From contig JAEINU010000002.1 of NCBI GenBank assembly GCA_016342685.1, forward strand, positions 111,085 to 143,084: 32,000 bases of DNA, written 5' to 3'. The DNA is from Bacteroidales bacterium (GTDB lineage Bacteria > Bacteroidota > Bacteroidia > Bacteroidales > UBA12077). Shown in pieces: positions 1 to 9,654 of the stretch; position 1 is the stretch's first letter, and each line of letters begins with the position of its first letter. Position numbers and translations under genes: made by a program. A model generated the notes under the pieces. It had not been told where the DNA came from. It did not search any database and saw only the letters and a list, made by a program, of their open reading frames with translations.

Positions 1-899
1 TTAAATCATTTAAGGTTCCCGGAGTTAAAAAGAGAACAAGAAAAAGCACAATTGATGTTACCATATATATTGATCCTGCAACAAGTCAATCTTTCAAAAA
101 TTCAGTAATGAGTTCTTTAAAGGAATTTACATCTCAACTTGAAATTGAAATGTTCTTTAAAAACTTTTCTGAAGCATTAGCCCAGCTGATGCCTGACCAA
201 AAGCCAATTAAGTTTGAAAGTTTCGAAACAATAAAGTACGAGGAAGTGTATGCTTCGACTACACAGGATGAAATTATGCCAAATTCCGTTCAGCACAATG
301 TTCCCGCATGGACTATGTTCGCAATGTTTTTCATTGTTCTTCCATTAGCAGGAAACATTATTAAAGAACGTGACGATGGAAGTGCATTTAGATTAAAAAC
401 AATGCCTGGTTCTTTTGTTACAATCATGTTTAGCAAGATATTTGTCTTCTTGGGAGTTGCATTTCTTCAGTTTATTTTGATGTTACTAGTTGGAGTATAC
501 ATAATGCCACTCATGGGATTGCCTCAATTAGAAATTGGCCCACATAAAATTGCTCTAGGAGTAATGGCAATTGCATCTGGATTAGCAGCAACAGGTTATG
601 GAGTTGCACTTGGAACTATTGCTACAACGCACGAACAAGCTGCAACATTTGGAGCTGTTTCAATTATCATTTTTGCTGCATTAGGCGGAATTTGGGTTCC
701 TGTTTATGTTATGCCACATACAATTAGAATTATAAGCCAATTCTCTCCTTTACATTGGGGATTAAATGGCTTTTACGATATTTTCTTACGTGGTGGAGAT
801 TTAGTGGTAGTTCTGGCCGAAACAGCAAAACTTCTGTTGTTTTTTGTATTTATGTTACTTATTGCAATAGTTTACAATAATTACAATAAAACTAAATAA
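1..899 (+). CDS. ABC-2 type transporter permease, 5'-truncated by the window edge
   Basis: The frame of the listed ORF 108..899 stays open back to base 3 (KSFKVPGVKKRTRKSTIDVTIYIDPATSQSFKNSV-MSSL...), so the Met at 108 is probably internal. The C-terminal part has about five hydrophobic spans (PAWTMFAMFFIVLPLAG, IFVFLGVAFLQFILMLLVGVYI, AVSIIIFAALGGIWVP, LLLFFVFMLLIAIVY), arranged as in ABC-2 permeases. Confidence 0.7.
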   Translation, partial: KSFKVPGVKKRTRKSTIDVTIYIDPATSQSFKNSVMSSLKEFTSQLEIEMFFKNFSEALAQLMPDQKPIKFESFETIKYEEVYASTTQDEIMPNSVQHNVPAWTMFAMFFIVLPLAGNIIKERDDGSAFRLKTMPGSFVTIMFSKIFVFLGVAFLQFILMLLVGVYIMPLMGLPQLEIGPHKIALGVMAIASGLAATGYGVALGTIATTHEQAATFGAVSIIIFAALGGIWVPVYVMPHTIRIISQFSPLHWGLNGFYDIFLRGGDLVVVLAETAKLLLFFVFMLLIAIVYNNYNKTK

Positions 900-985
900 A
901 TATTAGAAACTTGTTAATAACCTATGTTTAGATTATGCTAAAAATAAATTCTGAAAATTTAATTTAGCCAATCGTATAAAAAGAA

Positions 986-1420
986 TTGAAATTGAAAAAG
1001 AAAGAATTAATACACCGAACAAAAATGCTTGTTCGATTTAGTGAAGTTGACTCAATGGGAATTGTGTGGCATGGAAACTACGCAAAATATTTTGAAGATG
1101 GCCGTGAAGCTTTCGGAATAGAGATGGGTTTAAGCTACTTGGATGTTTATGCCAATAAGCATTTAACTCCTTTGGTAAAACTCGATTTCGAATACAAAAC
1201 TCCGCTCGAATATGGAGATTCTGCAATAATAGAGACTCGTTATATTGATCATGATGCAGCAAAAATTCATTTTGCATATACTATCTACAATAAAAAAGAT
1301 AACAGAATAGCAGCAACAGGAGAAAGTATTCAGGTATTTTTGAACCTTAAGCGCGAACTAGTCCTAGTTTGCCCAGACTTTTTTCTGGATTGGAAAAAGA
1401 AAATGGGATTAATCGAATAA
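986..1420 (+). CDS. Hotdog-fold (4HBT/YbgC-like) acyl thioesterase
   Basis: VRFSEVDSMGIVWHGNYAKYFEDGREAF matches the N-terminal signature of 4HBT-type thioesterases (D..G.V.H..Y..YFE). The ~140 aa size fits. The track start at 986 is TTG; the in-frame ATG at 1025 is an alternative start. Confidence 0.75.
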   Translation: MKLKKKELIHRTKMLVRFSEVDSMGIVWHGNYAKYFEDGREAFGIEMGLSYLDVYANKHLTPLVKLDFEYKTPLEYGDSAIIETRYIDHDAAKIHFAYTIYNKKDNRIAATGESIQVFLNLKRELVLVCPDFFLDWKKKMGLIE

Positions 1421-1441
1421 CTTCTTTAGACACTTCTGATT

Positions 1442-2602
1442 ATGAATAAAATATACACAATAGCCGATAATATAATTAGTTCTTTAGGATTTACAAGTAA
1501 TGAGAATTTCTTGGCTCTTAAAGCGGGGAAATCAGGAATTTCTAAAACTTCTGACCCTAAATTAACCCAATCTCCATTACAAGTATCTCAGGTTGATTCT
1601 GAAAGATTAAATTCTGATTTTTCGAGACTTGAAAAACCTGAAGATTATACTCGTCTTGAAAAGATGATGATATTATCAATTAACGATGCACTTTCTCAAA
1701 CAGAAATTGATCCTTCAAAAGAAGATACTTTATTTGTATTCTCATCTGTAAAAGGAAATATTGATCTTATCGAAGATGAAAATCATCCTTTTGATAAAGA
1801 TCGGATTCATTTATGGGCTATGTCTGATTCTGTTTGTAACTTTTTCAAATCAAAAATTAAACCCATTTTCATCTCTAATGCTTGTATATCAGGTATTACA
1901 GCAATAAATACAGGTGCTCATTTATTGAAAAATCAGAAATATAAGAATGTAATAGTTTGTGGTGGTGATGTTATTTCAGAATTCACGCCTTCAGGATTTC
2001 AATCGTTCAAAGCTGTAAGCGAAAATCCGTGTAAGCCTTTCGATGCTAATAGAGACGGAATTACACTAGGCGAAGGAGTTGGGACTATTATTCTTTCAAC
2101 AAATAAGAATCTTGTAAAAGAAGATAATCCAGTAATTTTCCGTGGCGGTGCTAATACAAACGATGCCAATCATATTTCAGGTCCTTCAAGAACTGGTGAT
2201 GGCTTATATTATGCCATAAGAAATACTTTAGACGAAGCAGGAAAATCAGATACTAAGATCGATTACATTTCTGGACATGGAACTGCAACTCCGTACAACG
2301 ATGAAATGGAATCAAAAGCAATAAAATGGGCTGAACTAGATCACGTTCCTGTAAATAGTTTAAAATCTTATTGGGGACACACTCTTGGAGCTGCTGGTAT
2401 TATTGAATGCGTTGCAGGAATTCATTCCATAAAAGAAAATTGTTTGATCAAAACTTTAGGTTATTCTGAACATGGAGTAAGCGAAGCTATAAATATAATT
2501 AAAGAGTATGAGGAAACCGAAGTGCGAAATTTCTTAAAAACAGCATCCGGTTTTGGTGGTAGCAATGCCGCAGCATATTTTTCTGAATTAAACGCCGACT
2601 AA
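1442..2602 (+). CDS. Beta-ketoacyl synthase (KAS I/II fold), catalytic residues present
   Basis: The active-site Cys context is ISNACISGITAI. Both His motifs are present (SGHGTATPYND, WGHTLGAAG), as is the C-terminal SGFGGSNAA. Confidence 0.85.
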   Translation: MNKIYTIADNIISSLGFTSNENFLALKAGKSGISKTSDPKLTQSPLQVSQVDSERLNSDFSRLEKPEDYTRLEKMMILSINDALSQTEIDPSKEDTLFVFSSVKGNIDLIEDENHPFDKDRIHLWAMSDSVCNFFKSKIKPIFISNACISGITAINTGAHLLKNQKYKNVIVCGGDVISEFTPSGFQSFKAVSENPCKPFDANRDGITLGEGVGTIILSTNKNLVKEDNPVIFRGGANTNDANHISGPSRTGDGLYYAIRNTLDEAGKSDTKIDYISGHGTATPYNDEMESKAIKWAELDHVPVNSLKSYWGHTLGAAGIIECVAGIHSIKENCLIKTLGYSEHGVSEAINIIKEYEETEVRNFLKTASGFGGSNAAAYFSELNAD

Positions 2603-2681
2603 CAGTCAATGACTAATTAGTTATTAAAAACTAGAAATTACCTAGAGTAATCCAATTAAAAGTCGGTTAAAAATATAGACA

Positions 2682-3311
2682 ATGGAAAACGTTATAAGTA
2701 AATATTGTATAGTTAAACCTCACGAAGTAATAGTTGATGGGAAAGTAGATTTTTCAGATTCTGAAAATCCAGAATATGGTGCTTTCATGAAAGCTATATA
2801 TAAACATTACGAAGTAAAATATCCAAAGTATTTTAAAATGGATAATCTTTGTAAAGTTGCCTTTCTTGCTACAGAAATTGTGTTACAGGGAAATGATCAA
2901 ATCAAGGAATTAGATCCTGGAAAAGTAGGTGTCATTTTACAGAATTCTCATTCATCAATTGATACCGATTCAAAATACAACGATACAATTAAAGATAAAG
3001 CGAACTATTTCCCTAGTCCTGCTGTTTTTGTTTATACTTTGCCAAACGTAATGATTGGCGAAATCTGTATAAGAAATAAGTTTCAAGGAGAAAACACATG
3101 CTTTATCGCAAAAGAATTTGATGCCGAGTTTATTTCGGATTATGTAAATGGACTCCTTGACTCAGGTAAAATTGATGCTTGTGTTACAGGTTGGGCAGAT
3201 TACATCGATGGAGAATACTGTGCAATGTTGTTTTTAGTAGAAAAAAGTAAGGAAAATATAAAAGATAATATTAGTTTTAAACCCGAATTCATAAATCAAT
3301 TAATTAAGTAA
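2682..3311 (+). CDS. KS N-terminal-like protein lacking the catalytic Cys (possible chain-length-factor/ApeC-like partner)
   Basis: 209 aa. SPAVFVYTLPNVMIGEICIRNKFQGENTCF parallels PTAFIQSTHNTISGQVAIALKCFNYNNTY of the 4802..5866 product and the region around the catalytic Cys of true KS enzymes, but no Cys is at that position and there are no His motifs. The call rests on by-eye similarity only. Confidence 0.5.
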   Translation: MENVISKYCIVKPHEVIVDGKVDFSDSENPEYGAFMKAIYKHYEVKYPKYFKMDNLCKVAFLATEIVLQGNDQIKELDPGKVGVILQNSHSSIDTDSKYNDTIKDKANYFPSPAVFVYTLPNVMIGEICIRNKFQGENTCFIAKEFDAEFISDYVNGLLDSGKIDACVTGWADYIDGEYCAMLFLVEKSKENIKDNISFKPEFINQLIK

Positions 3312-3318
3312 AATAGAG

Positions 3319-3573
3319 ATGGAAGAGTTATTATTAAAGATTAAGGAACAAGTTATTGATGTATTAAACCTTGAAGATGTTGAACCAGCTGATATAGATA
3401 CAGATGCTCCATTATTTGGTGATGGTTTAGGACTTGATTCAATTGATGCATTAGAATTAATTGTTTTACTTGAAAAGCAGTATGGAATTAAAATCGAAGA
3501 TCCAAAAGACGGTAAAAAGATTTTCCAAACCATAAGAACTATTGCTGAATTCATTGAAGAAAAGAAAAAGTAA
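3319..3573 (+). CDS. Acyl carrier protein
   Basis: 84-aa acidic protein with the phosphopantetheine attachment motif GLGLDSIDALELI. It lies between KS genes. Confidence 0.9.
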   Translation: MEELLLKIKEQVIDVLNLEDVEPADIDTDAPLFGDGLGLDSIDALELIVLLEKQYGIKIEDPKDGKKIFQTIRTIAEFIEEKKK

Positions 3574-3600
3574 TAATAAGCTGAAAAGGGAGTACTATAC

Positions 3601-4800
3601 ATGTCAAAAAGGGTTTTTGTTACCGGTATAGGTATTATATCAGGGATAGGGAATAATGTTGAAGAAACGCTTGAATCAATAAAGCAAAAAAAATCAGGAG
3701 TTACTGATATTAAATATCTTGAAACAATTCATAAAGGACAACTTCCAGTTTCGGAAGTTAAACTATCTGAAGATGAATTAATAGAGATGGCAAAGCTTGA
3801 TAAAAGTGAACCATTTACTCGCTCTACATTAATTGGTATTATTGCAGCTGCCGAAGCTGTAAAAAGTGCTCAAATTAATGATATTAAAGAGTATAAAACT
3901 GGTTTGATTTCAGGAACAACTGTTGGTGGAATGGATAAAAGTGAACTTTTTTATCACGACCTAGTTAACACAACAAAACACATTGAATATATAGAAACTC
4001 ACGACTGCGGCGACAGCACTGAGCGTATTGCCGATTATGTAGGAGTTAAAGATTTTGTATCTACAACAAGTACAGCTTGTTCTTCTGCTGCTAACTCAAT
4101 GATTTTAGGAACCCGAATGATTAAAAACGGACTACTAGACAGAGTGATTGCAGGTGGTATAGAATCATTAACTCGCTATCATATGAATGGTTTTAATACT
4201 TTAATGATTCTCGATAAAGAACCATGTAAGCCATTCGACGATAATCGCAAAGGTTTAAATCTTGGTGAAGGAGCTGCATTTTTGGTCTTAGAATCGGAAG
4301 AATTAGTAAAGAAATCAGGTAAAAAAGTTCTTGCTGAATTAACGGGTTACGGAAACTCATGTGAAGCATTTCATCAGACTGCATCTACTCCAGAAGGAAA
4401 AGGTGCATATGCTGCAATGAAAGAAGCTCTTGATAGAAGTGGCTTAAAAGCTACTGATATTGACTATGTAAATGCACATGGAACCGGAACCGACAACAAT
4501 GATTTATCTGAAGGTAGAGCAATACAAACACTTTTTGGAAATAATATACCTAAAGTAAGTTCTACAAAGGGATATACTGGTCATACAACAAGTGCAGCAG
4601 GAGGTGTTGAGGCGGTTCTTTCTGTTTTAGCAATTCAAAACAATATGATTTTCCCAAATCTAAATTTTGAAACTCAAATGAAGGAATTAAGCTTTAGTCC
4701 TGAAACTGAACTTTTAGAAGGAGTTAAAGTAGATCATGTATTATCTAATTCCTTTGGTTTCGGTGGAAATAATTCAGCATTAATTTTCTCAAGATATTAG
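3601..4800 (+). CDS. Beta-ketoacyl-ACP synthase II-like, catalytic residues present
   Basis: N-terminus VFVTGIGIISGIG; Cys in TTSTACSSAANSM; His motifs NAHGTGTDNND and GHTTSAAG; C-terminal FGFGGNNSALIF. Confidence 0.9.
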   Translation: MSKRVFVTGIGIISGIGNNVEETLESIKQKKSGVTDIKYLETIHKGQLPVSEVKLSEDELIEMAKLDKSEPFTRSTLIGIIAAAEAVKSAQINDIKEYKTGLISGTTVGGMDKSELFYHDLVNTTKHIEYIETHDCGDSTERIADYVGVKDFVSTTSTACSSAANSMILGTRMIKNGLLDRVIAGGIESLTRYHMNGFNTLMILDKEPCKPFDDNRKGLNLGEGAAFLVLESEELVKKSGKKVLAELTGYGNSCEAFHQTASTPEGKGAYAAMKEALDRSGLKATDIDYVNAHGTGTDNNDLSEGRAIQTLFGNNIPKVSSTKGYTGHTTSAAGGVEAVLSVLAIQNNMIFPNLNFETQMKELSFSPETELLEGVKVDHVLSNSFGFGGNNSALIFSRY

Positions 4801-4801
4801 T

Positions 4802-5866
4802 ATGGATGTTTATATAAAAGGTATAGGGATTATATCTCCGCAAAATACTACTGACAGTAGCAAATTCTTAGATGAAGTAGTTGCGCACGATACAGAATTT
4901 CTTTCGTGTGTTCAACCAAATTATAAAGAATTCATCAATCCTATTCAACTTCGCCGAATGAGCAAGTTGATAAAAATGGGAATTAGTGCATCTAAACTGT
5001 GTTTAAGAGATGCTGGAATTGAAAATCCAGGTGCAATAATTACAGGAACTGGTTTAGGTCTTGTTGGAGACACTGAAAAATTCTTAAATCAGGTTCTTGA
5101 TAACAACGAAGAGTTCTTAGCTCCTACTGCTTTCATACAATCAACACACAATACAATTAGTGGTCAGGTTGCGATTGCATTAAAATGTTTCAACTATAAC
5201 AATACTTATTCTCATCGTGGATTTTCTTTTGAAAGCGCTCTACTCGACGGAATGCTTCTAATAAAAGATAAAGATGCGGAAAATGTATTGGTTGGTGGAT
5301 TTGATGAAATTACTCCTGAACATCATTCAATTATTAAGAAAACACATTGGGTAAAGAATGATGCCATAAAAAGCTTAGAACTTTTAGATCATAAAACATC
5401 TGGTTCTGTTGTTGGTGAAGGTGTTGCTTTCTTTTCTCTAACAGGAGAAAAAGATGATAATAATTATGCCCGTATAAAAGATCTAAAAACAATCTATAAG
5501 CCTGAAAGTAACGAAGAAATTGAAGCTAAAATAGATGAATTCTTAGCAAAAAATAATCTTAAAAAAGAAGATATTGATTTGGTGATTTTAGGTTTAAATG
5601 GAAATGTTGATACCGATGATGTTTACTACCATTTAGCCGATAATTATTTCGATACCAACTATGCATATTTCAAACACCTTTCAGGTGATTATCACACAGT
5701 TGGGACATTTGCTTTATGGTTTGCAGCAAATACGATAAAACATCAGAATGTGCCGGAAGTTGCTCGTTTCAGAAAAGAAAACTTTACTGAAAAGCCAATC
5801 AAAAATGTATTGGTATATAATCATTTTAGAGAAGTTGATCACTCAATATTTTTATTAACTCAATGA
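4802..5866 (+). CDS. KS-like protein without catalytic Cys or His residues (chain-length-factor-like)
   Basis: KS-like N-terminus (VYIKGIGIISP, IITGTGLG). It has STHNT where A-C-S-S is expected, LGLNGNVDTDD instead of HGTGT, and GDYHTVGTFA instead of GH..GAAG. The start lies 1 nt after the stop of the upstream KS. Confidence 0.7.
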   Translation: MDVYIKGIGIISPQNTTDSSKFLDEVVAHDTEFLSCVQPNYKEFINPIQLRRMSKLIKMGISASKLCLRDAGIENPGAIITGTGLGLVGDTEKFLNQVLDNNEEFLAPTAFIQSTHNTISGQVAIALKCFNYNNTYSHRGFSFESALLDGMLLIKDKDAENVLVGGFDEITPEHHSIIKKTHWVKNDAIKSLELLDHKTSGSVVGEGVAFFSLTGEKDDNNYARIKDLKTIYKPESNEEIEAKIDEFLAKNNLKKEDIDLVILGLNGNVDTDDVYYHLADNYFDTNYAYFKHLSGDYHTVGTFALWFAANTIKHQNVPEVARFRKENFTEKPIKNVLVYNHFREVDHSIFLLTQ

Positions 5867-6624
5867 TCAAACCGAGAACCACATTAGTTCTTTATATCAT
5901 TGTTTTAATCCAGGTATATCTCTTTCTTCCGTGGAAAGGGATATTTTTTATTTTAATTACAACACTGTTTTTAGCGCATTTGGTTTATTGCTCAGCCGAT
6001 ATTTGCTCTCAGGTTTATCTAAAAACTTTATGTAAAGCAAAAACGAATAAAAAACAAATTGCTATAACATTTGACGATGGTCCCGATTCAAAAATCACTC
6101 CCGAGGTATTAAATATTTTGAATGATTTTAATGTAAAAGCAAGCTTCTTCTGCATTGGAAAACATATAGATGAAAACAAAGAATTGTTAAAGCTGATTGA
6201 TAAAAATGGTCATTTAATCGGAAACCATACTTGGTCGCACGATCGTTGGTTCGATTTGTTTTCAGCAACCAAAATGAAAGCCGAAATAGAAAAAACAAAT
6301 GGCTTGATATTTGAAACAATCAACAAAGAAACAAAACTATTTCGTCCGCCATATGGGGTAACAAATCCTTCGTTAAAGAAAGCGACTAAAGATTCTAACT
6401 TTCATAACATTGGTTGGAGCGTTCGTTCTTTAGATACCGTTAACAGTGCAGAAAAAACTTTTGAAAGAATTAAAAAGAAATTATCATCGGGCGATATTAT
6501 ACTTTTTCACGATAACCGTGAACATATTATAGAAATACTAAAATTATTCTTAGCATATTCTAAAAAAGAAGGTTTTGAAATTGTCCGTATCGATGAATTA
6601 TTAAATATTAAAGCATATGACTAA
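5863..6624 (+). CDS. Membrane-anchored NodB-type polysaccharide deacetylase family protein
   Basis: N-terminal hydrophobic helices are followed by the NodB motifs TFDDGP, GNHTWSH, FRPPYG and ILFHD. An ATGA start/stop overlap joins it to the upstream gene. Confidence 0.85.
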   Translation: MIKPRTTLVLYIIVLIQVYLFLPWKGIFFILITTLFLAHLVYCSADICSQVYLKTLCKAKTNKKQIAITFDDGPDSKITPEVLNILNDFNVKASFFCIGKHIDENKELLKLIDKNGHLIGNHTWSHDRWFDLFSATKMKAEIEKTNGLIFETINKETKLFRPPYGVTNPSLKKATKDSNFHNIGWSVRSLDTVNSAEKTFERIKKKLSSGDIILFHDNREHIIEILKLFLAYSKKEGFEIVRIDELLNIKAYD

Positions 6625-7258
6625 GATATTAAGTACCATACTAAGCTTTTTGATTTTCTCATGTATTTTATATGCACAAGATAAAGATTTTAAAGAAGTT
6701 AATGATATTAACAAGACTCAAACCGAATTAGCAAAACTGAGCAAAAACACCAACTCAATTCAAAGTACTTTTATTCAAGAAAAACATCTAAGTTTTTTGA
6801 CAGAAAATATTATTTCGAAAGGTGAATTCTATTTCCAAAGTCCGAATAAATTGCGCTGGGAATATTCTGAGCCATTCAATTACATCATTGTTTTTAATGA
6901 TAAAAACATATTGATTAAAGATGAAAATAAACTGAGTACTTTCGATACGGAGTCGAACAAAATGTTTAGCGAGATTAATAATATGATGATTGGCTCAATA
7001 AAAGGCAGTTTATTTACCGATAGCGAACGTTTTAAAGTAAAGTATTTAGAGAATAGTAGTCAGTACTTGTTGGAACTTGATCCAAAATTGCCCGAAATGA
7101 AAAGCATGATTAAAACAATTGAGATCTATATCGATAAATCAGATATTTCAGTTTCATCAATCAAAATGATCGAAAGTTCAGACGATTATACGAGTATAAA
7201 ATTTGTCAATAGAAAAATGAATCAGCAAATTGATAATAGTAAGTTTAATCTTAAATAA
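6617..7258 (+). CDS. LolA-like outer-membrane lipoprotein carrier family protein
   Basis: Signal peptide MTKILSTILSFLIFSCILYA. FIQEKHLSFLTENIISKGEFYFQSPNKLRWEYSEPFNYIIVFNDKNILIKD fits the LolA-family pattern (F.Q......L.....S.G.......R..Y..P.......D). It overlaps the upstream gene by 8 nt. Confidence 0.7.
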   Translation: MTKILSTILSFLIFSCILYAQDKDFKEVNDINKTQTELAKLSKNTNSIQSTFIQEKHLSFLTENIISKGEFYFQSPNKLRWEYSEPFNYIIVFNDKNILIKDENKLSTFDTESNKMFSEINNMMIGSIKGSLFTDSERFKVKYLENSSQYLLELDPKLPEMKSMIKTIEIYIDKSDISVSSIKMIESSDDYTSIKFVNRKMNQQIDNSKFNLK

Positions 7259-7271
7259 GTTAATTTAAAAT

Positions 7272-7964
7272 ATGAAATCAGAATTCAGAATTCAGAAAAT
7301 TAAAATTTTACATATCATTCGCAATTCTAAATTCGTAATTCTAAATTCGATATTTTTTTCTATTTTGGTAGTTATTTCATCATGCTCAAATCCTTATAAG
7401 AAGCTAAGTAAACAAGACTATTCACACTCTCAAATAAAAAATATCCCTTACGCCCTTCCCTATTCCGAAAAAACAATTATTTACAAAACCGATATTCGTT
7501 TTTACAAGAATGATATTAGTGGTTTACTGATTATTAAAAAAACCGATGAAAGCGTATATCGAATAGCACTGACAACACAGTTCGGTTTAAAAATCTTTGA
7601 TTTTGAATTAAATCAAGGAAACTTAAATGTTAAATATTGTGTTGAATACTTGAATAAAAAAATCATTTTAAACACGTTTGAAATGGACTTTAACTTATTG
7701 TTAATGCAAATGAATTTTGAATCTCTAACTGCCTACGATAATAAAATGGAAAGCCAGAGAGTTTGGCAATTAAAATCAGGTAAACTAAATTACAATTATA
7801 TTCAAAATATAAACTCCGATAAGATAGAAAACATTCGTTTCAAGAAACGAAATTCTGAAAAAATATCATTAGGTTTGCACAGTTACAAGGGTGATATTCC
7901 AGAAAACATTTCCTTGCAACATCACAATATTAAATTAGAAATGAACTTAAAATTGATTCAATAA
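7272..7964 (+). CDS. Hypothetical lipoprotein (occupies the slot of the small lipoprotein in APE clusters)
   Basis: A hydrophobic stretch ends in the lipobox-like VVISS-C. I recognised no catalytic motif. The 5' coding end carries short tandem repeats (see findings). Confidence 0.5.
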   Translation: MKSEFRIQKIKILHIIRNSKFVILNSIFFSILVVISSCSNPYKKLSKQDYSHSQIKNIPYALPYSEKTIIYKTDIRFYKNDISGLLIIKKTDESVYRIALTTQFGLKIFDFELNQGNLNVKYCVEYLNKKIILNTFEMDFNLLLMQMNFESLTAYDNKMESQRVWQLKSGKLNYNYIQNINSDKIENIRFKKRNSEKISLGLHSYKGDIPENISLQHHNIKLEMNLKLIQ

Positions 7965-7966
7965 AT

Positions 7967-8341
7967 ATGCTTTTAAAAGATTTCTATACCATAGTTGAAT
8001 TAGATAGTAGCGATAAAGAAAACATAAAAGCAATTATCGACTTAAATAAAAATCACGAAGTTTACAAAGGACACTTCCCAGGGAATCCTGTGGTTCCAGG
8101 AGTTTGCCTTACTCAATTAATTAAGGAAGTAATGGAAAGCGTGGAAGATAAGCAACTTAGTTTAGTTTATGCCAATAACATTAAGTTTATGGCTGTTGTA
8201 AATCCTGAAATAAATAGCAGACTTCAAATAGATCTTAAAGTAAAATACAACACTGAAGAAAACATTATAAAAGTAGATAGTGTTACACACTTTAACGATC
8301 AGGTTTTTTACAAATTTAAGGGTAACTTTAAAGCAAAATAA
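7967..8341 (+). CDS. FabA/FabZ-like 3-hydroxyacyl-ACP dehydratase (hotdog fold)
   Basis: 124 aa with the catalytic-His motif HFPGNPVVPGV. Confidence 0.8.
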   Translation: MLLKDFYTIVELDSSDKENIKAIIDLNKNHEVYKGHFPGNPVVPGVCLTQLIKEVMESVEDKQLSLVYANNIKFMAVVNPEINSRLQIDLKVKYNTEENIIKVDSVTHFNDQVFYKFKGNFKAK

Positions 8342-8355
8342 ATTAGGGGGGAAGC

Positions 8356-9558
8356 ATGTCTGGGGATAAATATAAGGAGCTATTCAAAGCTAAAAAGTGT
8401 TGTGTAATTATTCCAACTTATAATAATCATCAAACAATACAACAAGTAATAACGGATGTATTGGTTTACACCGATCAGATTTTGGTTGTTAACGATGGTT
8501 CAACTGATAATACTGCAGAATTAATTAAAGAATTTAATGGAATAGATGTTGTAAGTTACCCTAAGAATAAAGGAAAAGGTTACGCTCTACAACAAGGTTT
8601 TAAAGCTGCATGGGAAGATGGATACGAATATGCAATTACAATTGATTCTGATGGACAGCATTTTGCAACTGATTTACCCAATTTCGTTGAAGCGATTGAT
8701 AAAAATCCAAATGCAATAATAATTGGTAACCGAAATATGGAACAGGAAGGAATTCCCGGGAAAAGTAGTTTCGGAAATCGATTCTCAAATTTTTGGTTTA
8801 AGTTCGAGACAGGAATAAAGATGCCTGATACCCAATCGGGTTATAGATTATATCCACTCAAGCCTTTGAGTAAAATGTTTTTCTTTACTAAAAAATATGA
8901 ATTTGAAATAGAAGTAATTGTTCGCGCCGCATGGAAAGGTGTTAAAGTTACTGATGTTCCGATTCAAATATATTATGCTCCAATAGAAACTCGTGTGTCT
9001 CACTTTAGACCATTTCGAGATTTTTCCAGGGTTAGCATTCTAAACACTTTCTTGGTGCTTTATGCTTTATTAATTGTTAAGCCATTTGAATTTATCCGCA
9101 AATTAAATAAAAAGAGTGTTCAGGAATTTTTCCAAACACAAATCACTCAAAACAAAGAACCCAACATCAACATTACTTTTGCTGTAATGCTTGGATTATT
9201 TATGGGAGTCGCACCTGTTTGGGGTTATCAAATGCTTATTGCTTTTGGCTTAGCGCACCTACTAAAATTAAACAAAGTAATTGTTCTTGTTGCATCAAAC
9301 ATTAGCATTCCACCAATGATTCCTGTAATTATTTTTGCCAGTTTTAGAACAGGGGGTTTATTTATTGAAGCTAACAAATTAAATGTTATATACAGCAAAA
9401 AACTTAGCCTTAGTTTAATTAAAGATAACATTGTTCAGTATCTTACCGGGAGTCTTGTTTTTGGATTAATTCTAGCTTTAACTTTTGGACTAATAACTTA
9501 TATTTTATTACTGATTTTCAGAAAAAAACCAGAATTACAAAAGGAACTTGCCAAATAA
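8356..9558 (+). CDS. Family 2 glycosyltransferase fused to a DUF2062-like membrane domain
   Basis: GT2 motifs VIIPTYNN, NDGSTDNT and ITIDSDGQH occupy the first ~230 aa. The C-terminal ~150 aa is polytopic (GLFMGVAPVWGYQMLIAFGLAHLLKLNKVIVLVASNISIPPMIPVIIFASF), resembling DUF2062. Confidence 0.8.
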   Translation: MSGDKYKELFKAKKCCVIIPTYNNHQTIQQVITDVLVYTDQILVVNDGSTDNTAELIKEFNGIDVVSYPKNKGKGYALQQGFKAAWEDGYEYAITIDSDGQHFATDLPNFVEAIDKNPNAIIIGNRNMEQEGIPGKSSFGNRFSNFWFKFETGIKMPDTQSGYRLYPLKPLSKMFFFTKKYEFEIEVIVRAAWKGVKVTDVPIQIYYAPIETRVSHFRPFRDFSRVSILNTFLVLYALLIVKPFEFIRKLNKKSVQEFFQTQITQNKEPNINITFAVMLGLFMGVAPVWGYQMLIAFGLAHLLKLNKVIVLVASNISIPPMIPVIIFASFRTGGLFIEANKLNVIYSKKLSLSLIKDNIVQYLTGSLVFGLILALTFGLITYILLLIFRKKPELQKELAK

Positions 9559-9597
9559 TATTGGAAAAATGATTCGAAAACATCTCAAAAAATTTAA

Positions 9598-9638
9598 ACC
9601 ACAAAGTCACACTAAGTTGTACACAAAGTATCACAAAG
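9598..9638 (+). repeat. Left arm of the inverted repeat flanking the GxxExxY gene (three CACAAAG modules)
   Basis: ACCACAAAG(9598-9606) N14 ACACAAAG(9621-9628) N3 CACAAAG(9632-9638). The modules are complementary, in the same nested order, to 10060-10068, 10051-10058 and 10039-10045. Confidence 0.85.
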
Positions 9639-9654
9639 ATTAAGCTTAAACTTT

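Noticed and set aside
3300-3602. A 100-aa - strand ORF covering the ACP gene.
   Set aside because: It is antisense to an ORF with a textbook phosphopantetheine motif. Its Ser/Phe/Ile-rich product looks like a mirror-frame artefact.
8342-8355. A G-rich Shine-Dalgarno-like run, AGGGGGGAAGC, immediately before the GT2 start.
   Set aside because: It is a single occurrence. Bacteroidota translation initiation is largely SD-independent, and I cannot attach significance without genome-wide comparison.
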